A program made the translations under genes and the position numbers. From the NCBI GenBank assembly GCA_051294375.1, contig JBJCIZ010000648.1, forward strand, positions 1 through 7,008: DNA of 7,008 bases, read 5' to 3'. Shown here one piece after another: positions 1 through 7,008 of the stretch. Within the stretch, counting starts at the first letter, position 1. Every line of letters starts with the position of its first letter. The notes beneath the pieces were generated by a model. That model was not told the origin of the DNA, did no database searches, and was given only the letters and a program-made list of their open reading frames with translations. This stretch comes from Paraspadella gotoi. Taxonomy: Eukaryota; Animalia; Chaetognatha.

Positions 1-189
1 AAGAGCAGATACTGATAACTCGAAGTTGACGCTCGAAATCCAACCGTGAATGTAGTTTCATCACTTTGTTTTCGGCGCTGCCTGCGGAGCAATGGAAGCG
101 AGTGTCTGGCTTGAATTCCAAAACCCGCGCATCGCAGCGGACGGTCGAAGGCTGCCTCAACGGCGCGGTTAGAGGATGACGGCGCCGTG

Positions 190-2382
190 ATGCTTGATGC
201 TCGAGAACGTGTGAAGCTGAGGGAACGGGTGCTTTCTGGGGACAAATCTGCGCCGTCTCATGGCCGCAGGGTAGGGCGCCAGTCATACGGACGGAAGGTA
301 AGGGTGAAGGAACGATCCCCCGCATCCTCCGCCTGTCACGCAATCCTCATTGAAGAGTCCTAAGCGTCGCGTAGAAACCCATAGTCACTTGTGGATTCGT
401 CGACGGATTGGCGCGCGAGCGTCATCGGAATGAGCACCGCTCCCACGCCTACCGCTCCTCAGCTCTATCTTTGTCGAGAGAGGAACGCTCGCCTTGAACA
501 ACGCTACGTTACGCCGTTCTTTAGGCGTGGGGACTCATATTTGAAATCTTAACGCGTCGAACCGGTGAGGAGTTCAATTTTCAGGCCCGCACAAGTTGCG
601 GAGAGAGGTCGTGTGCGGGGGATTGTCGCTGACCGCGAACTCATCGGCCGAACCCGAAGACGTGCGTCGACGCGGCTTGAACATGGCCTCCTCGGCGTCG
701 CCGAAGAAGTCGTTCTGCTGACCTTAACAATTCTCTCTTTCTCTCTCGTTTCTTTCCGTTCGTCTTAATGCGCGATCTGCGGCGCTACTTACGTATATCC
801 CCGATCGCGTCGCGTCACGTCATCGCTCTCAGTTATCCGATGCTCACAAGATCGAAAAAATCGCACTCAAATCGTGCGCTTCCCTCAGCCCGGAGAACGT
901 CAATAGCTACGACATTCCGGGGGTTATCTCGTTGGCGCCGCACGATGTGCCGAAGATAGACTATGAGCTCTCGTTCGTCTGTACGAGTAAGTCCCGAGCA
1001 GGTTCTCAGGGGCACAACCTCTCGCGAAGCGGTCGGACGCACTCCCGAGGACGGGTAGACCAGTTCGTTCGCATCGGGTCTGAGTGGACGGATGAAATTA
1101 TTTCCCGTCGGTGCGCAAATTATCCGTCTGAACCACTTGGATTGGACGATCAAGACGGATCGGCGTATTAGAAGTCTTTTTCTGGAGCCGGTGGAGGGGG
1201 CGAGAAGGCCGGTGATGGAACGCCCGACGCTTCCGTCGTCGGGACGGTTTTGCAGCCGAGATATCGGTTCCCTTTCAGAGGGAATATGCGCGGCAACTCA
1301 GGCATGTCGTCATCCTTGTTTGGCAACGGAGCCCGGGACCGTCATCTCGAAGCGATTTGCTTTCAACCGAATGAGGCTCGCGTCGACACAGAGTACCTGC
1401 GAATTGAGAAAAGCGCGTCTGCTCAAATATTTGGAGGCAGTTGAGGAAGCCCGACTAGAACTTCCCATCTTGCCTCGTCTTCTCCCATGTTCTTCTGAAA
1501 ACGCCCGGATTCTTTCGTAGACTGCACGGCACGTGTCTTTCGCGTTGGCGAACCGCAATGTTTTCTTTGGCGTCGAGTGGTTTGGCGCGATCGTACGAAA
1601 TCGCATGACGCCTCGACTACTTTCATCGAGCTGAAGGTTTACGCAGGAAATTGTGCATTCCTGAAGGGCTAAACGGCGTCAGGGACTGAAGCCATGCCGC
1701 TTTGAAGAAGGGGTAAAGTCGCATATCTCGTAGATTTTGGGAGAGGGATACTGTCGGGCGTCGCGAAGTTTATCGATATATTTCTCGTTCGTCGCACTAG
1801 CGCAATCTAAATGTCTTACGAAACGAGGCGACGAAGTCCCCAAAAAACGCCGAAAGGGGAATTTCCGATCAAGTAGAATTTCGGCACTCGACTCCAGACG
1901 CAATTAATCTCTGGCGCGCTTTATTTCCACGCGATCCTATTCACTCGGCAGGTGACCAAACGCGGCGTTGTAAATCGGTTGGAAAGCCTCGCGAAGGGTC
2001 GTTAGCTAGCCGAAGAACGCCAAGATTTGCAGAAATAAAGACGAATCTGAAACGAACTTCAATCTCACTGCTAGTTGAGAATGGAGCGTCGATGCGACAA
2101 GTCGTCGACGTGTCCAAAATTACGCCGACGGCGTCGTGCGCTAGTTCGAGGATCCCTAATCGAATGAAAGCAGATGCCGGAAGGCGCCGTCCGGATCCTT
2201 ACGTCCGCGAAATTTTGCAAGTTCTTTCGATTGGATATGTCAATTCGCTTCGGCCTCAGAGGCCGACGCGGGCGGAACTTCTTCTCAACGGGTTCCTCGC
2301 GAAAACCGTTAGGCTTAGAGACTTCGACCTGATAACGCTTGATGAAAGACGATCCGCAAACGAAGACTTCAATATATGGTAG
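190..2382 (+). pseudogene. Possible frameshifted or error-ridden, intron-containing protein kinase gene
   Basis: Motif-like pieces occur in canonical order on the + strand: VGRQSYGRK (271-297, G-loop-like), EKIALK (854-871, VAxK-like), AGGGACTGAAGCCA (1681-1694, reads RDLKP if one base is restored), KVAYLVDFG (DFG at 1733-1741), RPTRAELLLNGFL (2260-2298, subdomain XI-like). No APE or DxWSxG motif was found, and there are several stops and frame changes. Confidence 0.25.
718..832 (+). other. Putative intron 3' end (branch point, polypyrimidine tract, acceptor AG)
   Basis: CTGAC at 718-722, a pyrimidine tract at 731-766, and no AG dinucleotide between 710 and 830, followed by CTCTCAG ending at 832. 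Candidate donors are AAG|GTAAGG at 298 and GTAAGT at 987. Confidence 0.35.
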
Positions 2383-3287
2383 AACTATGTTCGAGAGGTG
2401 GTGGTGACAACTAACTTGGCGTGAGCGATCCTGCGCTATCAACACGAGAGGAATTCGAGTGTTAGATGCGCGGACGAGACGATGGCGCGGTCTTACGCTC
2501 AAGATGATGATCTGACGAAAAGTCGAAGCCCACACTTCTATCTAAAGTTGATGAGATGTGGAGTAGAGTAGAAGTTTAGAAGTCTGGCAGGAAAAAAAAT
2601 AACAAAAACAAAAATTTTAAAATAAAACCCACATTTTTTCAGCAAAATTATATATAAAGTTAAAGAATCCATCTACTGTTCTGAGCAAATTTTGTAGAAA
2701 TGGTATCCTCTATCACAGGAAATCCACTCAATCCAGCTAATCACTAGTTCTTATTAAAAAAGGAAGTTCCGAGATATCTTAATAGCGATTTATTATCTTT
2801 AACAAGTAGTAAAAAACGCTGTGCAAACTGAACAAAACTGAGAGGTCACACGTCGATAGAATCATGCTGAGATCTTACGAAACGGCGGGTAAACATCAAA
2901 ACAGCGCAGCGTAGCCACTGGAAGCTGTACTGTTAATTATATATACTAAGATACAATTAGAAACCAAAGAAATTTCCCCCCGCTGTGATCGCGGAAGAAA
3001 ATAGAATTGGCCTTGCTTAGTAAAATAGAAATAAAGAGCAGCATCGGGGTGAAGAAGAAGAAGTTTGGATTCCACGGTATATATATGATAATGATTTCGT
3101 AATCATTATATTTAAAGCTCTATCAGAATCTTAAAAAAATGATAAGTCAAAATTTAAAAAATTATTTCCATATTTCATAACTTAATTTGTAGATAGTCGC
3201 TTAACATTATTATTTGAAATTAATGTGAAAAGTGATTGCAATAAAAAATCTTAAAAGCATAAAGATCGTTCGCAATGCATAAAAAGT

Positions 3288-3314
3288 AGAGAGAGAGAGA
3301 GAGTGAGAGAGAGA
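3288..3314. repeat. (AG)n microsatellite with one interruption
   Basis: The sequence reads (AG)8 T (GA)5 directly. Confidence 0.95.
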
Positions 3315-3467
3315 AAGGAGACTTAAAATGAATAAATAGAGGATTTTGTTTGTTGATAATTAAAACGAAACATTATTTAATAACTGTCTAATCCAATTTT
3401 AAGGACATCGGATGTATGATTAAGTTGAAATATAAATTTTAGAATTAATTATTACAATTTAAATTTA

Positions 3468-3498
3468 AATTAATTAATTATCGATGAATTAATTAATT
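3468..3498. repeat. (AATT)3-ATCGAT-G-(AATT)3 near-perfect palindrome
   Basis: AATTAATTAATT ATCGAT G AATTAATTAATT is self-complementary except for G3486. It ends 1 nt before the TGT boundary at 3500. Confidence 0.8.
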
Positions 3499-4268
3499 AT
3501 GTAAGGCACATCCGACTTCTTGCTCACAAACTTGTTTGGTGAGCACCCACTGTCGACAGTTCACACGCTTACTTTCTCTGACGTGCTTCGTTACCCACAT
3601 CTCTTCGGTCAACTCTGACCACTGTGGATTGGAGACTGTTCAGCTCATCAGCAGTCCTGCTGTTTTGATAGCCCTTGCGTGTCAGCTAGACTGTGAAGTT
3701 ATTTGTTCTTCTTCATTTCAATATCATTTTCTCCGTGGATTTGACCCGAGCCTTGTCCTAGGAGCCAGATACTGCTGGCGCTTGGAGCTTGGTTGCTCTT
3801 TGTGGAGTGTCCTTGGGCAGTCCAACGGCTTCGACGTTGTAGAGAGTAGGCAGCCTCTGCGCATTGCAGCTAACACCTTGTCGCGTGTATTATTTGGATG
3901 ACTTGACTAGGCAGACGCTCCCGAGAAGTCGGAGGAGTCTGTCCTGATCACCATCTCTCGTGTGGCACGACTCCATCAGCTTTATTTGCAAGTCCGCCTC
4001 TACAAATAGCAGCGTGCTCCCCCTAATACCCTCATATCCCATAAATTATTTTCACTCCAAAGTTTCTGTGGAATATCCTTGCCGAGTTGATTTCACCCAT
4101 TCCCAAGAAGATGACACAAGTGGTTGGCTTGACCCTGGCGGATCAGACAACGATTTTACGACCGTTTGGAAGTTCCATGTGACGATTGTGTCTTTTAATT
4201 ATTTCTCTTCGATGCAAGAAGTGCTGAACCGTATTCTGACACCTCTGTCATTTTATGAAACTGTTGTG

Positions 4269-4528
4269 GCAGCAAGACTAAAGCTCCTCACTGCTGTCCG
4301 TCCTCGAGACCTCGTCCCAATTGGCTTGAGCAGCTAAATCCTCTCATTAACAATCCTGTTCGTCCCGGGTTCACCCTGGGTAATTCCGTTCTGGCTGTAA
4401 ATGTGAACCGGGGTGCCGGTATAAACCAGCGCATGTGACAGGAGCGGTCCTAGGGTCCGCAGCCTCTACGCCAGTTGGTGAATACTGCCGGCGCCCGGGT
4501 ATCGACAGGCTATCTTCCGTTGCCATAC
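4269..4528 (+). repeat. Diverged direct repeat, copy 1 (~260 bp)
   Basis: It aligns colinearly with 4746-4984. There is a 27-nt identical core TAAAGCTCCTCACTGCTGTCCGTCCTC (4279-4305 = 4759-4785), plus shared anchors TCCGTTCTG, TAAATGT, GCCGGTA, CGCAGCC and TCTTCCGTTGCC. Confidence 0.9.
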
Positions 4529-4633
4529 GTGGTGAGCCCTACTCTGCGAACACGCAACGCCGCACCTGCCCCACGCTTACGTCGCTTAGGGTAGCCTCAA
4601 ACGCTATGCCTAACTTCTCTGGTAACGCCCAGA

Positions 4634-4658
4634 CTCGCTCGCTCGCTCGCCGCTCGCT
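4634..4658. repeat. (CTCG/GCTC)n imperfect tetranucleotide repeat
   Basis: The sequence reads CTCGCTCGCTCGCTCGCCGCTCGCT directly. Confidence 0.85.
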
Positions 4659-4745
4659 TCTCACTCTGGCAATGAGATGCAAAACCTTCTCTCAGACATC
4701 TCCTCAGATTGAGGCCCCTGTGAGAAGTCTGGTGGGGGATCCTGT

Positions 4746-4984
4746 GCAGCAAAGACTTTAAAGCTCCTCACTGCTGTCCGTCCTCAAGCCTCGGTTTCAA
4801 TGGCTGAGCAGGCCCTAATCATCTCATTCTATCCGTGCGTCTCCGTTCAATCCCTGTATCCGTTCTGTTAAATGTACGGCCGGTAAAACATGCAGTGACT
4901 AGGATGGCGGTCACTGGGTCGCAGCCCACGCAGTCGGTGAGATACTCCGCGCCCGTTATACAGGGCCTCTTCCGTTGCCCATAC
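4746..4984 (+). repeat. Diverged direct repeat, copy 2 (~239 bp)
   Basis: Second copy of 4269-4528, offset ~455-480 bp. The differences are mostly 1-3 nt indels. Confidence 0.9.
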
Positions 4985-6082
4985 TGTGTTATACAAATAT
5001 AGAACTTTTCGAACTTTTCAACAATCATTCTAAACGACATTTCACATTTTATTCTCTACAAATTTTATTCTTGCTAACTGTTTTTATTCAACTTTCTCTC
5101 ACCGAAATCTTTCTGTACTACGTTAGTTTGTTGGAACTTACATCGTGCACTCTAATTTAACCTTTTTACACCGTCTATCCTCTTGAGAGCGAGAGAGTAT
5201 TTTGGTAGATTTGACAGACCCTTGCTGTTGGTGCCAACGAAAAAGCACAAGCCGACCAACAGTCCAGATTCCGTGCTGATTCAATGCGAAAATAGATTTT
5301 ACGATACTTAGTAGAAAACGCTAAATAACATCCCCTCGCACAGAGAAGACCATTGGACACCAAAGTTCAACTTTAATAATCAGGTGGGTCTGGAAATAGT
5401 GGAATTAAATGCGTTGGCAGATGCATTACCCTAAATTGCGTCAATCAGAGGAATTGACGACATTTTTTATGCGAGAACGCCATTCTCTTTATCTGGACTT
5501 CAACAATACCTCACTATGAAGTCATCTTGATGAACATAACCTTACTGTAATATTCCTGTCTACGATTGATATGCTTGTCAATTACGAACGAATTCCTTGC
5601 GAACAGGTGAGAATCTAATGTGCCCCTAAAAGCTTATCATAAATCTGTCGTCTGCTCAGATTGTCCAAAGATCAGTTTTCTCTCTTCCGATCACCCCATG
5701 AACTCGATTGTTGAATCTAACACTTCACTCTTAACAATTTCCGAAGATCTTTAGAGTCCTTCTGCTCAAAATTAGGGCCTACCTTCTTGCGATCACCAAA
5801 AACTCGTATAGTAAATTAACAATTAATTATAAGAAAGTACCTGAATCGCTAGATGCTCAAATGCAAACTATCGTCATGAGATTGCCGTACATAATACTCG
5901 GGTCCACCTCCAAGACACTCACTACTTTCATACGACATTACAGATTTCCCAATGACTCATCCTCTGTTTGACAGAGCTTGAGTGATTTGTTCCCTTCAAA
6001 ATATACCAATTTGCTCTTGATCATTTCTGTTCGCTTTGATTGTTTGTTACCATATACCTCTCACCTTTTATATAACCTCAAT

Positions 6083-6739
6083 ATGGGCACCGCTAGTACC
6101 ATTCGTGAGAAAGCAGCTTCGTCCCTTCCTGTGGACAAGTTTGATTCCGAGAACGATGATTTCGAGGAATGGATTGAGCTCTTTGAGAAAGCTGTTGCTT
6201 TGGCTACATCAGCCTCTACCGAAGTTAGAAAGCATGAATTATGCCTTCATTGGCTGCCTTTGAAGTTGGATGATCCAGCTCACGAAGTATTTAAAATGAT
6301 TCCTGATAGAACTTATGATCAGGTTAAAGCCAAAATGATCACCTTATTAAATGATCCTCAAGAGGCATACCGTTTGCAAGCTAAGAAATCTACAGTTGAA
6401 TGGGATGGCAAAGAGTCCATGCATCATTTGGCTGCAAGGATTATTAAGAAAGTTAACAAATATGAAAAAGACTTGGGTGTAGATGCGAGAGCCCGGGAGC
6501 TGTTTTTCAGATTCCGAAGAGCTCTGCCTAAGCCATACCGGGATGCCATTGATTTAGGCTGTAACGAAGATTCGCGCACAATCAATGCAGCAAAAAGTAT
6601 TGCCTTGCGTGTCCAAATTACTCAAGAAGAGGATTCTGGTAACTCAAAATCTGAAAAAATCAGTAGCCTTTACTGGAGCCACCATGTCGGACGACCGCCT
6701 TCTTTATTTGGTTATTTTAATATTATACGATCATGGTAA
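6083..6739 (+). CDS. gag: Ty3/Gypsy-type retrotransposon Gag (capsid-like domain), 218 aa; the last ~26 aa are probably out of frame; no CCHC knuckle
   Basis: This is the longest ORF in the window. The track's TTG start at 5978 is unlikely; the ATG at 6083 has A at -3 and G at +4. The motif order matches Gypsy capsids: FDSENDDFEEWIELFEKAV, WLPLKLDDPAHEVF, TYDQVKAKMITLL, MHR-like WDGKESMHHLAARI, FRRALPKPYRDAI, TINAAKSIALRVQ. The family was assigned by motif recognition, with no database search. Confidence 0.8.
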   Translation: MGTASTIREKAASSLPVDKFDSENDDFEEWIELFEKAVALATSASTEVRKHELCLHWLPLKLDDPAHEVFKMIPDRTYDQVKAKMITLLNDPQEAYRLQAKKSTVEWDGKESMHHLAARIIKKVNKYEKDLGVDARARELFFRFRRALPKPYRDAIDLGCNEDSRTINAAKSIALRVQITQEEDSGNSKSEKISSLYWSHHVGRPPSLFGYFNIIRSW

Positions 6740-7008
6740 AGTGAATTAGTCCATTTTGGTGAAATTTTTATTTAAAGTAAAAGTAAAAGAGGAGCTAACG
6801 ATCGGAATTCTAAGAGTTTTCAACCGGGAGTCAGATTTGGGAAAAATCTTCTATGGCGAAAATCTTCCAAATAAGGGGTGGATTTTCCGAAGATTTTGGT
6901 TAATATTTTCTATATTTATGGTCGGATTTTTTTGAAACTTAATATTAACAATATAAGAATATATTAAAAAAAGCTCTGGCTTTGTTCGTCAGAACTTAGT
7001 CCTAAAAA
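6704..7008. other. AT-rich segment interrupting gag, with short direct and inverted motifs
   Basis: AAAATCTTC occurs at 6843-6851 and 6859-6867, with its reverse complement GAAGATTTT at 6889-6897 and several further GATTT motifs. Confidence 0.5.

Larger units (their letters stand above)
2575..3499. other. AT-rich non-coding spacer (intergenic or intronic)
   Basis: It has A-runs, TA/AATT runs and a microsatellite, and the ORF track shows nothing here. Confidence 0.75.
3500..4982 (-). pseudogene. Possible disrupted antisense ORF of unknown product
   Basis: Both repeat copies begin on the - strand with ATGG(G)CAACGGAAGA (ATG at 4526 and 4982). Protein-like fragments follow in shifting frames (KDIPQKLWSENNLWDMRVLG, EHAAICRGGLANKADGVVPHERW, LYNVEAVGLPKDTPQRATKLQ, NPQWSELTEEMWVTKHVRESK). 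No family was recognised. Confidence 0.2.
3500..5142 (+). repeat. Candidate 5' LTR (1643 bp) with TGTAAG...CTTACA termini
   Basis: TGTAAG (3500-3505) and CTTACA (5137-5142) form a perfect 6-bp inverted pair with TG..CA ends. Against this: the next bases are TCGTGCAC rather than a clean TGG primer-binding site, a 6-mer match can be chance, and there is no partner LTR. Confidence 0.3.
3500..6703 (+). mobile_element. 3'-truncated Ty3/Gypsy-like LTR retrotransposon (putative LTR, leader and gag; pol and 3' LTR not in window)
   Basis: It contains the gag ORF. The left edge is an abrupt switch from almost pure A/T to mixed sequence exactly at TGT (3500). The right edge is an abrupt return to AT-rich sequence at ~6703. 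Both boundaries are inferred, and no TSD or second LTR is visible. Confidence 0.5.

Noticed and set aside
565-2535. The many short overlapping ORFs on both strands as separate genes
   Set aside because: They are Arg/Ser-rich translations expected from GC/CpG-rich DNA, they overlap each other, and none is a recognisable complete domain.
3088-3109. Hairpin ATAATGATT-TCGT-AATCATTAT as a terminator or Helitron end
   Set aside because: It is an AT-rich 9-bp stem in AT-rich DNA with no U-tract or CTRR end, so chance is likely.
3643-3651. CTGATGAG hammerhead-core-like motif on the - strand (also CTGACGA at 2512 on the + strand)
   Set aside because: There is no stem II followed by GAAA, and no stem III with an NUH cleavage site.
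3511-3933. 10-bp inverted repeat TCCGACTTCT / AGAAGTCGGA as TIRs
   Set aside because: Several 10-bp inverted matches are expected by chance in 7 kb, and there is no TSD.
4171-4194. DTIVTWNF on the - strand, resembling an APE-endonuclease N-terminus of LINEs
   Set aside because: None of the downstream motifs (QET, GDFN, SDH) follow.
4420-4425. TATAAA as the LTR TATA box
   Set aside because: The second repeat copy reads TAAAA at this position, and there is no other support.
4634-4658. Resemblance of (GCTC)n to the AAV Rep-binding element
   Set aside because: There is no complementary GAGC arm forming an ITR stem and no Rep/NS1 ORF nearby, so a simple repeat explains it.
5229-5246. TGGTGCCAACG as a primer-binding site
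   Set aside because: Only ~7 nt resemble a tRNA 3'-end complement, and it is not preceded by a CA LTR end.
3536-5363. Track ORFs 3536-3901, 3960-4337, 4435-4761, 4819-5040, 4975-5160 and 5175-5363
   Set aside because: They mostly have non-ATG starts and no known motifs, and the reading frame is not preserved between the two repeat copies.
5978-6082. N-terminal extension of gag from the track's TTG start
   Set aside because: The context is eukaryotic, the extension is T-rich leader-like sequence, and the ATG at 6083 has a strong Kozak context.
6678-6749. GCCACCATG Kozak-like start of a 21-aa hydrophobic peptide
   Set aside because: It is better explained as Ala-Thr-Met codons of the shifted gag frame, and the hydrophobic run comes from T-rich junction DNA.
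1-7008. CRISPR array, tRNA/rRNA genes, prokaryotic operon or defence system
   Set aside because: I saw no regularly spaced repeats with unique spacers, no cloverleaf or rRNA signature, and no gene-dense organisation.

Overview
This window looks eukaryotic, not prokaryotic: it has a (GA)n microsatellite, very AT-rich spacers, Kozak-type starts, splice-like signals and no operon structure. It is a mosaic of four blocks with sharp compositional borders. (1) 1-~2570 is CpG-rich (about 50-60% GC by eye) with no clean ORF, but carries scattered, correctly ordered and frameshifted protein-kinase-like motifs (low confidence). (2) ~2575-3499 is an AT-rich spacer. (3) 3500-~6703 is a truncated Ty3/Gypsy-type LTR retrotransposon: a possible TGTAAG...CTTACA LTR containing a ~250-bp indel-rich duplication, then a ~0.9-kb leader, then a well-supported capsid-type gag ORF (6083-6739) starting MGTAST, a possible myristoylation signal. 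The gag ORF appears to frameshift and break off before any zinc knuckle or pol. (4) ~6704-7008 is an AT-rich tail with short motif repeats. The indel pattern of the duplication suggests part of the window is unpolished long-read sequence, which limits interpretation. I found no RNA genes or CRISPR arrays and cannot firmly claim a new system. The best leads are the capsid-only gag, a possible antisense ORF upstream of it, and the cryptic kinase.
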